This document shows, piece by piece, positions 54,237-64,000 of a stretch of DNA of 64,000 nt; position 1 is the first letter of the stretch, and every line of letters starts with the position of its first letter. Below the pieces are notes generated by a model. The model saw nothing but the letters and a program-made list of their open reading frames with translations. It was not told the DNA's origin and ran no database searches. This stretch comes from an uncultured Nitrososphaerota archaeon (GTDB lineage: Archaea; Thermoproteota; Nitrososphaeria; Nitrososphaerales; CADDZS01): the NCBI GenBank assembly GCA_963799845.1, contig CAWCYI010000004.1:480001-544000 (forward strand), in the 5' to 3' direction. The position numbers were made by a program, and so were the translations under genes.

Positions 54237-54533
54237 ATGAACACCACTCAAAAAGTAAAAGACACAGTAACAGCGACAATCAAGAGTACTGAAGAGTTCA
54301 TTGAAAGCACGAAAGAATCCTTGCAAATGCAGCTCTCAAAAACAGTACCTAATATCCAGCATGATTTGGATAGTTCTCTCGAGGAAGCTGGGCGTGCCTT
54401 ATCTGATGCATTAAGCTCAATCGAGAATAAGACAAATAGTGAGCAGATGCATTTGCTCAACGCTTACAAATTGTTTCTCCAAAAGCAGATTGCTTTTGTT
54501 GATGACAGAGTAATGGCGATTAAGAAAATCTGA
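54237..54533 (+). CDS. Amphipathic helical protein
   Basis: All-helical composition; stress/storage role is speculative. Confidence 0.6.
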   Translation: MNTTQKVKDTVTATIKSTEEFIESTKESLQMQLSKTVPNIQHDLDSSLEEAGRALSDALSSIENKTNSEQMHLLNAYKLFLQKQIAFVDDRVMAIKKI

Positions 54534-54578
54534 ATTGGATAGTCTTGCTGAATCCAGATAAGACGAGAAGGTCAGAAA

Positions 54579-54740
54579 TTGGATCTTTTCTGGAGTTTGG
54601 TAGCGGTTCTAGTGATCCTGTGGCTTCTGGGACTACTCGTCGGATTTGGCGGATTCTTGATAAACGCACTCATAGTTATCGCTTTAATAATCGTTGTTTA
54701 CAGATTATTTGTAGGAAAGAATATACTTACAGGCAAGTAA
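54579..54740 (+). CDS. lmo0937-like small membrane protein (53 aa, not in ORF track)
   Basis: Hand translation MDLFWSLVAVLVILWLLGLLVGFGGFLINALIVIALIIVVYRLF... Confidence 0.75.
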   Translation: MDLFWSLVAVLVILWLLGLLVGFGGFLINALIVIALIIVVYRLFVGKNILTGK

Positions 54741-54904
54741 ACAAGATTCCGATTTGAGTTATCCTAGTTTGTTTATCTTTTGTTCGAGCAAAGAATCAAA
54801 CTCAAGGGCGGTCCAAGATGAATTCACGAATTTTATGCGAGCAATTTTACTCCAGTGTTAGTATTTTGAATCAGAGCGTACGGCTATAGCGCATCGTATC
54901 TATT

Positions 54905-55324
54905 CTAGTTTGGCGATTCCAGACATTCAGCGAGTTGTTCCACTGAAAATGGTTTCAGGAGGAAGGACAGTCCCGCCATTATTGCCTCATGTTTTACAAA
55001 ATTATTAGCCGTCGCGATGATTATCTTCACCTTGCTTCTGTATCTCTGGATGATTTTGGCTGCTTCGATTCCGCTCATCTCGGGAATTTGATAATCCATA
55101 ATGATAACATCAAAAGACTGGCGATCTCTCGTCAATGCTTTCACCATCGAAGTTCCATTATAGAACATGGAGGGCGCTGGATATCCCAATTTCTCAATAC
55201 CCCTAGAATAGACATCGGACAATTCCTCCTGGTCATCCACGATTGCAATTTTCAAATTACGATTTGCTTCTACTAACATTACATTTTTGGCAGCGTGAGG
55301 GGTGTATGAATTCAAATCGTTCAA
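54905..55324 (-). CDS. Stand-alone response regulator receiver
   Basis: IVDD, IIMDYQIPEMSG, ATA, LKPF. Confidence 0.9.
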   Translation of the reverse strand: MNDLNSYTPHAAKNVMLVEANRNLKIAIVDDQEELSDVYSRGIEKLGYPAPSMFYNGTSMVKALTRDRQSFDVIIMDYQIPEMSGIEAAKIIQRYRSKVKIIIATANNFVKHEAIMAGLSFLLKPFSVEQLAECLESPN

Positions 55325-55630
55325 CTATCCTTTCATAAGTGAGAAAAAATTCAATTTTTACTATCCCATGTGACCGTTTTTCTATTATTAGAACAGATGA
55401 CTAAAGTGTGTCGTGAAATACGGAAGCAGGACTGAATTTATTGATACAATATTCCGCTCAATAAGATTAGGAGCGACAAAGACTCGAATGAAGTATGGAG
55501 CTTCTCTGTCTTTCGGGCAATTGAAGGATTAGAGTCCTCGAAGAAAAGGAATTGATAAAATTAAGATCCCACATACATCTTTCGCCAAAGAAGAACGGGA
55601 ATTTTAACTTTTACGAATCGTGAGGCTCAC

Positions 55631-56092
55631 TTAGATTCCAATGTGATTCGGAGGATTCTTCCTTCCGATAGTCTCAATCACTTCGGTCCAGATTACGTCT
55701 CGAACTCCTTTCATGGCCTTGACACGCTCTAGGAGATCTAGCAAGACGCCGTTATCCTTCACGAATACTTCAATGCGCAAATCGATCGTATGTTCCCCGA
55801 TTGTTCTCGCCGCATAGGTTACCTCCTCACGCTTCAAAAGCTCCTTCCCGACGTTCATCGTCTCGCCGCCTTCGGTGTAAATCAGAAGGTCAATCCGTCT
55901 ATACCCGAATTTCATAGGATCTAACGAATAATGTTTGATGAGATATTCTTCCTCCAATCTCTTCCTTCTTCTCTGGACTGTGCTTATCGGTACATTGAGC
56001 TTTTGAGATATTTCGTGTGTCGGTATACTCCCCTCAGAATCAAGAAGCAACCTCAACATCTTCCTATCCATGTCGGACAGTTGAGAATACAA
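55631..56092 (-). CDS. Lrp/AsnC family regulator
   Basis: DRKMLRLL, HTH ISQKLNVPISTVQRRRKRLE, RAM domain. Confidence 0.9.
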   Translation of the reverse strand: MYSQLSDMDRKMLRLLLDSEGSIPTHEISQKLNVPISTVQRRRKRLEEEYLIKHYSLDPMKFGYRRIDLLIYTEGGETMNVGKELLKREEVTYAARTIGEHTIDLRIEVFVKDNGVLLDLLERVKAMKGVRDVIWTEVIETIGRKNPPNHIGI

Positions 56093-56578
56093 TGGCAGCG
56101 TCAGTAGAATAATTGATGAACTCTCAGAAAAATAGCTTTCTACAACAGTTTACTATGATATGTGAATGTCAATCATGTAATAGTAATAGCAAGACTATTT
56201 CATGCTTCGGCTATGGTATATTATTCGCCTTGAAGTAACCCTTCTAGCGGTCATCATAGCACGCCATTTTCCAAGCGAAAGATCAAAATATTTCGCGCAC
56301 TGGCTTGAATTAATCATTCACCGATCTCGACAAGTCAGAGCCTGATTCCTGAAATAAAATAAAGAAATCTTATCCATCCGGTTTAGTAAATTCGTCTGCG
56401 AATTTCCGAGCTGTTCAAAATGTGCTTGGTGCTTTTGGCTCAAATCTCTCGTCAATGTTTTTTGTATCATTTTTGAATGCGTTATGAACGATCCGTTCAT
56501 TGATTAATCGATATTTGAACGACCTGCTTTCATAAGGGGGGATAAAGCCAATGCCGGCCCACATTTCTTTCACTGAGT

Positions 56579-56905
56579 TTGAAAAATATGAACGACAGAT
56601 GGAACAGTCACAAAGCGGCTCGCAAAGAAGCCGGTCTGAAGTTTCACTATTACTGGCGTCGTATGTACTGGATACGAAGTCACATGTCGTACTTTCTCGT
56701 TTGCGTTGCGACTCTGTCATTTGTTTTGATCGGGATTCCGAATAATCCGAGTAGCTTAATCTATGCAGTACCGCTCGTCGTTCCATTCATTGTAATTAGC
56801 ATCCAGTTCTACTACTCGTACATGATGCGTCTGCATTATAGGCGATGGGGCGGCAATGATGAAGCGGGAGGACTAAAGTCGTCAACTCCACCAAGAGGGT
56901 ACTAA
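56579..56905 (+). CDS. Two-TM membrane protein
   Basis: Hydrophobic hairpin. Confidence 0.55.
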   Translation: MKNMNDRWNSHKAARKEAGLKFHYYWRRMYWIRSHMSYFLVCVATLSFVLIGIPNNPSSLIYAVPLVVPFIVISIQFYYSYMMRLHYRRWGGNDEAGGLKSSTPPRGY

Positions 56906-57204
56906 TCCGGTGATATGTACTGCAAGTGGTGTACTACTGCTCTCCGTGTGCGACGCCAGTGTCTATTAAGTGCATCACTGTATTTGAAAGTCAACAATGT
57001 TACTGATGTCGGTAAACGGAATCTGATGCTAATCGATCGCATCTATGATGGCTTGCGCATCTGTATTCTGTAACCGGGCCTTTTACCTCTGCCTAAGATA
57101 TTGCCCTAGTCTCAGCAAGATGGGCCAATCATGGAGTGAAGTAATTGTATATAGAATTCTGGGTTAAAACGAGTGCTTATTAACGACCGCTAGCAAATCC
57201 CGAA

Positions 57205-57948
57205 GTGGATCGTGCGGTAGTTCTGTCGTACAACAAAAGATTAGCTCTAATGTCTACGTGCGCTCTTTCAATCATGTTTCTGTCGCTTCTCTTTGTGACA
57301 CCTGTCAGCGCTTCTAGAACCTCGGCTTCAAGCTCTGCGACAGTGACCCTGACGGTGAATAAAACAACAGTGGGGACTTATCTGCGTGATTTAGCCACCA
57401 TCACAGGTGCACCCCAGCTGGTCACGTTGTCATACACATCCACAAATCCTGGGTTGACTATGACATTTGAAACAACAACGATTACTGACAGCTTGTCTGG
57501 TGTATTGGTCAAGACAGTCATCCACGAGAGTTCCACGCTAGCGACGGGGACATACTATCTGACTGTCACGGCAACCGGCGCTGATGGAGCAAAATCCTCT
57601 GTCACCATTACTGTGTCTGTGATAACAATGAGCCTGACGTTGAGTTCGAGTTCTGTAACAATTAGTCCCAGCAATCAAGGGGTCGATACGGCTGCGATCA
57701 CAGGTTCACCCCAAAGTGTCAGTTTAAGTCGGGGTACATGCAAAAAAGCGTGCGTTTGTGACGAAAGATGTATACTATACACATTCGCATCAAGCCCGAT
57801 TACTGACAGCCTAGCCGGCGTGACTGATGTCATGACTATCACGGTCGGTTCGTTGGCGTCAGCCGGGACATATCAAGAGACGGTTACAGCGACCGGTGTT
57901 GATGGACAAACGGCCTCTGTAGTTCTTAATGTGATTGTTACAGGTTAG
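57205..57948 (+). CDS. Secreted Thr/Ser-rich protein with two tandem Ig-like repeats
   Basis: Signal peptide; repeats ITG.PQ.V.LS...ITDSL.GV...GTY..TVTATG.DG. Confidence 0.75.
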   Translation: MDRAVVLSYNKRLALMSTCALSIMFLSLLFVTPVSASRTSASSSATVTLTVNKTTVGTYLRDLATITGAPQLVTLSYTSTNPGLTMTFETTTITDSLSGVLVKTVIHESSTLATGTYYLTVTATGADGAKSSVTITVSVITMSLTLSSSSVTISPSNQGVDTAAITGSPQSVSLSRGTCKKACVCDERCILYTFASSPITDSLAGVTDVMTITVGSLASAGTYQETVTATGVDGQTASVVLNVIVTG

Positions 57949-58016
57949 CGTCTCCGCATCGTATCACTAGATGGGCGATGGCCACTCGCTCACTTAGCCC
58001 AATCTTCCAATGTTTT

Positions 58017-58805
58017 CTAAGGCCCTGAATTGTCCCAAGTAACGGTGAAGCTGGAACCACCGGAAGCTAACGCGGATGGCGTTGCTTTGATGGTAGGTGC
58101 AACTTTCATCGTTATTTCCCGGACCGCGCTTCCAAAGCTTCCAATGTTGCCAGAGATCGTAGTTGTGATTGCGGAAGCGCTAGCAAAGGAAGCAATGCCA
58201 AAGTTTGGCATTGGCTCGTCTGGCGGCGCCTCAACTATCCACTCGGCAGTCAAGCGAGCAGCTATGAATGCTTGAGTATGCGAAAACGACACACCCGTTG
58301 TCACATCTCTTATCGTGGTTGTGAACTCCTTCGTCGTTGCAGAATAAGTTACGCTAGCGGTGAAGACATTTCCGGGCGAAGCGGTGATGCTAGTGATTAG
58401 GACAGTACCTTCTGGATAAAATTCGTACCAGGCATAGTATGCAGGAGTAGTGCCGGACCCTGTACACTCCGCATCTGTTCCCGTTTGTTCCACAGTTTTG
58501 GAACCAAAACCGTCAATCCCAACCCAGAACGCCGCTTCTTCTAATGTTGTAACCGAAGGGCAATCAATCGCCGGTTGCGTCCACGAACCACTTACCGAAG
58601 TCACCGCCTTCCTCAACTCCTTGATCGCGTAGCCAGCCCAGGTTTTGCTAGTTACGCTCTTACCAATGATGGACGAGTTAGTTCCCGGCACCATAGGCGC
58701 AGCGCTTGACTGGCTCGCGAAAACTGAAACAGATAGAAAAGGCGAACCTGCAAATAGGATGAAGAGAACCAAAAGGCCTAGTATCGAAAATATTTTTCTT
58801 AGCAT
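58017..58805 (-). CDS. G1 family glutamic endopeptidase (eqolisin-like)
   Basis: Signal peptide, TWAGY, WVGIDG, QTGT (catalytic Q), AWYEFYP, TAEWIVEAP (catalytic E). Confidence 0.93.
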   Translation of the reverse strand: MLRKIFSILGLLVLFILFAGSPFLSVSVFASQSSAAPMVPGTNSSIIGKSVTSKTWAGYAIKELRKAVTSVSGSWTQPAIDCPSVTTLEEAAFWVGIDGFGSKTVEQTGTDAECTGSGTTPAYYAWYEFYPEGTVLITSITASPGNVFTASVTYSATTKEFTTTIRDVTTGVSFSHTQAFIAARLTAEWIVEAPPDEPMPNFGIASFASASAITTTISGNIGSFGSAVREITMKVAPTIKATPSALASGGSSFTVTWDNSGP

Positions 58806-59004
58806 GATACTTGTTTCTGCGGGATGATACGCGTTTATTTATGCCTTGTACCGGTCGATTCTTTCGTTATATCGCGATGCGATATATTCAAGCCGATGTA
58901 CTGCAGAAATTAATGGGAAGAAGAGATCAGATCTGTCTCTCCCAATTGCCCACGGCAGCGTCGCGGAATGGTTTCGCATTGATGACAATTTTTCTCCTCA
59001 CTAT

Positions 59005-59613
59005 TCAGCCCGCGCCAGTAATGGTTTGCACTTGACTTGATTGGAATACTTTCGGTTGTTCGGGAATGGAGAAGAACGAAACCGCAAGTAGTATCTCCGC
59101 GACCAGGATCAAAAGGAATCCGATTCCGATTACTGCGGTCACGGATCCAATGAGATATAGCAAACCTGCTGTCTCAAACATCTTGACGTTCAATTTGGAT
59201 CCTATCGAGTTGTAGCTTCTTCGAACAAATATCGCCGAAGCAACCAAGAGCGCCTCCACAGCCAAAAGTCCCACGATGATCGTCGCAGCTAGTCCTATCC
59301 AATCTCCAGCTGTGATACTAGACGCCAGAACAAATTTCGAGCCGACAAACGATCCCATTCCCAGCACATGATAGACTGCCCCGATGACCGTGACGGTTCC
59401 CACGACTATCGCGCCGATAGCCAGGATAACTGCGGTTCGCATGTTGTTGTAGATCTTTTTTTCGTTGACTACTTGGGAAATGTCGTTGACTGCGATCAGT
59501 ATCATTATGAATCCGGCTATTCCAAGCACCCAACCGACGCTTGGTACAGCTGTTAAGAGAACCAAGATAGAGCCTATTCCGCCTATTACTTTTGCATCTG
59601 ATAAAGAAGCCAT
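59005..59613 (-). CDS. DUF996-family membrane protein
   Basis: AKVIGGIGSIL, FETAGLLYLIG..IGIGF..ILLAVSFFS. Confidence 0.85.
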   Translation of the reverse strand: MASLSDAKVIGGIGSILVLLTAVPSVGWVLGIAGFIMILIAVNDISQVVNEKKIYNNMRTAVILAIGAIVVGTVTVIGAVYHVLGMGSFVGSKFVLASSITAGDWIGLAATIIVGLLAVEALLVASAIFVRRSYNSIGSKLNVKMFETAGLLYLIGSVTAVIGIGFLLILVAEILLAVSFFSIPEQPKVFQSSQVQTITGAG

Positions 59614-59651
59614 TTCTCATTCTTCACATTCTCTCTAGTGCCTTACTGTCG

Positions 59652-59716
59652 GATAAAAGACCCGCGTGTGGGCGATACGTATTGGCAGGACGTTTCTCTT
59701 GAGTAGCAGATCACGA
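59652..59716. promoter_or_regulatory. Conserved promoter/operator module, copy B
   Basis: Ungapped alignment with 49150-49214. Confidence 0.7.
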
Positions 59717-59885
59717 TAAGAAAGGATTGCTGGTATTAAGTTAGAAATTTTCTTCGAAGATCTGAAATTTGCCTAGCAACATCCGAAGATAATCACAGTT
59801 CGCGGACGAAATATGAATTTCTCGGACTGTGCAGGCGACCGTCGGAAACTGTTAGGAAGAGCTTTGCGAAGAGCGTTGAAAGCCG

Positions 59886-60236
59886 TTAAGTGGTGACCGC
59901 ACTTTGCATCAATCGGCGATCATCTTCGGCGGCCTTCTGCTGCATCCAGCAATGGGGTTTATGCTCAAGCAACCCTCGTCCCTCTTTTCGATGATCTCTC
60001 ACGTCCATCGAAGTCACTATTATTGGCATTATCAAGGCGATCAACCCAGTTAAGGCGATCAAATAGTTAGATAACGAACCCACTATTTGCGCTATTCCGA
60101 AAATTAGTAGGAGAGTACCGATTATCCAAGAGTGAGAATATCTTCAGTGAAAAGAATGTGTCCTCGTTGAAATAATCCAAATAATTAGCGAGGAATAGTA
60201 GCCTACTGCTCCAATCACCCAAATCGAATAATTCAT
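59886..60236 (-). pseudogene. Membrane protein with in-frame TGA at 60144-60146
   Basis: ATG at 60236 is in frame with ORF 59886-60083; three hydrophobic segments. Confidence 0.5.
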
Positions 60237-60261
60237 TTCGGAAGAATGAACCGGAGATCAA

Positions 60262-60325
60262 GATAAAAGATCCGCGTGCCAGAGAGACGTATTGACAGCA
60301 CGTTTCCCTTAAGTGCAGATCAGGC
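60262..60325. promoter_or_regulatory. Conserved promoter/operator module, copy C
   Basis: GATAAAAGATCCGCGTG...ACGTATTG...CACGTTTCCCTTA. Confidence 0.7.
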
Positions 60326-60369
60326 AAATTATTTCCTGGATTAGACAACAGATCGGATGGTCTTGAGAT

Positions 60370-61056
60370 TTGGATTCAAATGAAGATCCTAAACGACGGC
60401 AAGAGATACAGTCCAGCCTGAAGTCAATTGTTGAAACTTCCGACAAATGGTTAGGGCGTCTCAAGAGGCGAGAATCACGGGCCAGGTTGGCAATTTCGTT
60501 CTTAACCATGGTCCTTGTATTTTTTGTTGCTGCAGCCTTTGTCCTGGGTTTTATCATAATCCGATATGGCTGGCCTTACCTCATCGCTCTTTTTCACAAT
60601 CCGAGTCAGGCTTACCCACTCGCGGGTTTCATATTTCTCGCGGGACTGATCAGCGGCGTTGGAACGTACTTTATACTAAAGAGGAAGCACGACCCGCAAT
60701 TGAGAGAGTTATCCTCACTAATAACCCAAATGAAAAAGATAGAGGAGGAGGAGACGAATGGTAAGAGTGCCGAAGGAATCACTGAAAGCGCTCTCTCCGT
60801 GGCAGATAAGATCCTGACGCTGCTTCCCGAACTAGTGAGGAAGAGAAATCAAGATTCTCTGCTTTTCGGAGCGGTCGCGATCGTAATCACTGCTACTCTC
60901 GGTGGAAATTTTGCAGTGGCCATCCTTGTCGGAATAATAGTGTGGCTATACTTCAGATACGAGACCCGGAAGACGTACGATCAGGAAATATCAAAGCTCG
61001 AAGAACAGAAGAGAGTCTTCGAGCAAAGAAAGAATGATTTCATAGAGACTCTGTGA
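60370..61056 (+). CDS. Membrane protein, paralog of 49239-49949
   Basis: Shared IQSSLKSIVE.SDKWLGRL and LLPE.VRKR.QDSLLFG. Confidence 0.8.
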   Translation: MDSNEDPKRRQEIQSSLKSIVETSDKWLGRLKRRESRARLAISFLTMVLVFFVAAAFVLGFIIIRYGWPYLIALFHNPSQAYPLAGFIFLAGLISGVGTYFILKRKHDPQLRELSSLITQMKKIEEEETNGKSAEGITESALSVADKILTLLPELVRKRNQDSLLFGAVAIVITATLGGNFAVAILVGIIVWLYFRYETRKTYDQEISKLEEQKRVFEQRKNDFIETL

Positions 61057-61337
61057 TTTTGGGATTGGAAAAGCCGGATCTTTACGTGGTAGCTCGTTTT
61101 CTTGACATCATGTACAGGAACGGTTCAGGGATGAAAAAAACAAATATTCAGATGCTTTTGGGCATCAACTACCCGCGCTTTATGGAGTACCTCGAGTGGT
61201 TATTGAAGCACGATCTTGTCGGTGAGAGTCTAGACGAAGAAAAAGTGGAGAGAATAATGTTGACGCCTAAGGGGATTGATTCGTACCATAGGTTGGTAGA
61301 TTGGATAAAGGAAACGTTAGATGGAGTAAAGATATGA
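61053..61337 (+). CDS. Archaeal winged-helix regulator, paralog of 49959-50231
   Basis: EKPDLYVVARFL, KKTNIQML, LTPKG. Confidence 0.85.
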   Translation: MILGLEKPDLYVVARFLDIMYRNGSGMKKTNIQMLLGINYPRFMEYLEWLLKHDLVGESLDEEKVERIMLTPKGIDSYHRLVDWIKETLDGVKI

Positions 61338-61427
61338 GACCAATCCACACCTCCGCGTACTCGTAAAGAATGGGAAGAAGCGCCTTCACTCAAAGAATTC
61401 GGCTTATGTCACGAAAGAAGGCAGATA

Positions 61428-62345
61428 GTGAATGCTTATAAAATTCAAACTGATCTTGATCTAACTATGATAATCGACGCACAGCATCACTATTACATTG
61501 AAGGTCCTCCTCCGGGCGATATCAATCGTCGCCTGAGCTGGATGGATGAGTACGGGATAGATGTCGCGATCCTCACCAACCCTATTCCATTTACATCCGT
61601 TGAAAAACTCTCCACCCTGCGGGAGTACAACGACAAAATTGCTGCAGTAGAAAGGGAATATCCAGACCGGTTTATCGCGTGCCCCTCAATTCCCATCTTT
61701 GATCACAAAGCGGCAATACACGAGTTGGAACGCGTCGTAGCCTCAAACGATTCGAAAGCTGTACTTGTTCAGCCATATAACTGGAGGATGGATTATGATT
61801 ATCTCTCGCCTGTTTTCGATAAGTTGTCAGATCTCGGGCTGCCCGTATTCATGCATCCCGTTTTCGACGATGTCCCAATCCAAAAGACATACGGGGACTA
61901 CGCCATGGCAGCCGCGATAGGATTCCCTTTCAACTCTACTGTAGCTATATCTCGGCTAATATTTTCGGGACTTCTCGATACGTACCCTCGATTGAAATTT
62001 GTCGTTACACATCTGGGCGGCGCGCTACCCTTCTTGCTAGGCCGAGTAGAAGCCGTTTACGATCCTGCGGAGTATAAGGCAGCTCGACCAGTGGCGGATT
62101 ATTTTGATTCCTTCTACTTCGATATAGTCTGCTACAGAAAGGAAGCGCTTGAATTTGCGCTGACGGTCTTCGGCCCAAAGAGGTTAGTATTTGGTACTGA
62201 TTTTGGATGCCCCGGGAAAAATTTCGTGCGTCCGCAGATGCTAAAGGATTTTGTCGGATCACTCGATATCAGCAGGGAAGAAAAGGAAGGAATCCTAGGA
62301 CGGAATTTGGCGGACCTTTTCAAAATCAAAGTACTCGCAAAATAG
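61428..62345 (+). CDS. Amidohydrolase_2 family (ACMSD-like) protein
   Basis: IDAQHH, FMHP, HLGGALP, FGTDF; start likely MIIDA. Confidence 0.88.
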   Translation: MNAYKIQTDLDLTMIIDAQHHYYIEGPPPGDINRRLSWMDEYGIDVAILTNPIPFTSVEKLSTLREYNDKIAAVEREYPDRFIACPSIPIFDHKAAIHELERVVASNDSKAVLVQPYNWRMDYDYLSPVFDKLSDLGLPVFMHPVFDDVPIQKTYGDYAMAAAIGFPFNSTVAISRLIFSGLLDTYPRLKFVVTHLGGALPFLLGRVEAVYDPAEYKAARPVADYFDSFYFDIVCYRKEALEFALTVFGPKRLVFGTDFGCPGKNFVRPQMLKDFVGSLDISREEKEGILGRNLADLFKIKVLAK

Positions 62346-62413
62346 ATCTCCACACTAAGATCTTGCGTAATGCTAAAACATATTACGAAATTCAATCCGT
62401 TGTTTGACACGAA

Positions 62414-62812
62414 ATGAAGCCGCTTCCAGAATCCGTCAAGAAGCTCATAGAGGCAAAGACATACGCGAATGTTGCCACGCTTATGCCGGACGGTTCCCCT
62501 CACGTCGTTCAGACATGGGTTGACCACGATGGAGACCTCGTGCTAATCAATACCTTCGAAGGGAGCCAGAAGTACAAGAACGCCGTAAGGAATCCGAAAA
62601 TTGCGCTGGATGTCTGTGACACCACCAATCCTTACAATGTGGCAGTGATCCGTGGGCGTGTCAAGGAAGTGACCTTCGATGGAGCAGATGAACAGATAGA
62701 CAGGATGGCGAAGAAGTACCTAGGGCAGGACAAATATCAAAGGCGCCAGCCTGGAGTTAGACGCGTCCTCATCAAGATCGAACCTACGCACGTGATCGCT
62801 CCATTTGCGTAG
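62414..62812 (+). CDS. PPOX-class F420-dependent oxidoreductase
   Basis: ATLMPDGSPH..W, KYKN..RNP, AKKYLG. Confidence 0.9.
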   Translation: MKPLPESVKKLIEAKTYANVATLMPDGSPHVVQTWVDHDGDLVLINTFEGSQKYKNAVRNPKIALDVCDTTNPYNVAVIRGRVKEVTFDGADEQIDRMAKKYLGQDKYQRRQPGVRRVLIKIEPTHVIAPFA

Positions 62813-63277
62813 AAATCACGTCTGAAAGTCCGTAATTGCGAGCGCTATCGTATCCGTTTCTCCCGGCTAGACGAGGAGATCTGTTCTTGCTCTAAAGATA
62901 ATCCGATCGGGGTCATTATCATTCCATGAAATGAATCGATGAACCTTGGTTTCGATGCATCGGGTACAAACTGGCAATCCAGAACGATCGCGGTTACGAA
63001 AAATAGTGTGTGAATCCAAGTGATGGCCACACAAGCAAAAGATAGAAGCGCGGCTGAGATCTAGTGTTGAACTTTCTGCATTAACCAAGTAATTACAAAA
63101 CAAGCACTCCGCTAAGAAATATTTGAAATTGCGGTATTTTGAAACTGGATTCGTGGTACTGAGGCGAAAACCTGAGGAACAAAGTTCGAGAGTGCAAGAA
63201 GAATTTTCGAAAATCGAATGAATTCTTTAACATTGACTACTTGGGCGAATTTTCTGAAATCAAATCAGCTTTTGCTC

Positions 63278-64000
63278 TTAAACATCAAAAGCATTCCACA
63301 GGTCATAAGATAGAACAAAGAGTGAGGTCGTCTCACCATTTACGTTTGAAATATTCTCGTTAACTTGAATCTGGCCATTCGAGCACTTGTAACCAGTCCA
63401 GACCCCTCCTGTCGAATTTTGGAGTAAAGACATTGTGGAGGATATTTTATTTGCAACAGGTTCGAATCCTTGGGCGAATTTCTGAGTGTTTGACGTATTC
63501 AACAGTTGATTCCACGCAATCAGATAATCCGCCAGCTTGTACGATGAATATACGCCTCCAGTCATCGCTTTGTCAACGAAACCGCATCCATTCCACATTA
63601 CGGTAAGCTTCGTAAAGTCAGTTTCTGCCAGAGAATAGTTTTGATGATGAATGTCGAGGAGAACGCGATAGGCTAGCGCATCAGAATATTGCGAGTAATT
63701 GAAATTGGGATTAGCGGAGAAATTTGTGTATTTTATTGTGTAACTACCATTCGTTCCATACGTGATGTCACTTCCGTTGGCTGGAGAGTTACCAAAGGGA
63801 CCGTAATTTCCCAGAATTTCAAAAACGGGGTTCCAGTATTGAAATAGCCCACCATATTGGGCCATTGTATTGTTGATCTTTTGGGCTAGATCTGTGGCAT
63901 CCGTGTTACTGGTGTCATGATAAATTTGGAGCAGTGAATAGTAATCCAGAGCCTGGTCATCGCTAAGATAAATTTCATGCGAGTTTGGAAATGTTGTTAC
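63278..64000 (-). CDS. Probable extracellular N/Y-rich protein, partial
   Basis: Frame stays open from 63865 to the window end; many sequons. Confidence 0.65.
   Translation of the reverse strand, partial: VTTFPNSHEIYLSDDQALDYYSLLQIYHDTSNTDATDLAQKINNTMAQYGGLFQYWNPVFEILGNYGPFGNSPANGSDITYGTNGSYTIKYTNFSANPNFNYSQYSDALAYRVLLDIHHQNYSLAETDFTKLTVMWNGCGFVDKAMTGGVYSSYKLADYLIAWNQLLNTSNTQKFAQGFEPVANKISSTMSLLQNSTGGVWTGYKCSNGQIQVNENISNVNGETTSLFVLSYDLWNAFDV

Noticed and set aside
34379-60146. Recoding of in-frame TGA (selenocysteine or alternative code)
   Set aside because: TGA ends many intact genes here; the positions correspond to Arg/Trp-like sites in genes with other lesions
1-64000. CRISPR array, rRNA, transposase, reverse transcriptase/DGR
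   Set aside because: No regularly spaced repeats, rRNA signatures, DDE/HUH/RT motifs or adenine-specific TR/VR pairs seen by eye

Overview
Archaeal DNA: tRNAs with BHB-type non-canonical introns, BRE/TATA promoters, frequent TTG starts, F420-family enzymes. The gene content resembles a heterotrophic, probably acid-adapted Nitrososphaerota (inference). Left flank (1-9.5 kb): peptide/amino-acid catabolic cluster, class III cyclase-TolB-TPR gene, two-intron tRNA-Asp(GTC), PrsW protease and one-intron tRNA-Lys(TTT). The 20-bp 3' end of tRNA-Lys is repeated exactly at 50554-50573 and degenerately at 52966-52988. This defines a ~41-kb island with no recognisable integrase, plus a ~2.4-kb tandem segment carrying a second cyclase-TolB-TPR gene. 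Main observations: (1) three AAA+ ATPase-TolB_N-TPR genes share a modular chassis with the two adenylate cyclases and show domain mosaicism at a conserved hinge; (2) a ~300-nt multi-helix, possibly pseudoknotted non-coding element abuts attR; (3) a 65-bp divergent promoter/operator with 13-bp-periodic ACGT repeats occurs three times, linked to a duplicated membrane protein + wHTH operon; (4) a bacterial-type glk-nagB cassette; (5) many frameshifts, five to six of them at the same AGCT-G-A context, suggesting methylation-related base-calling error on top of some real decay. All calls come from motif reading by eye; no database searches were run.
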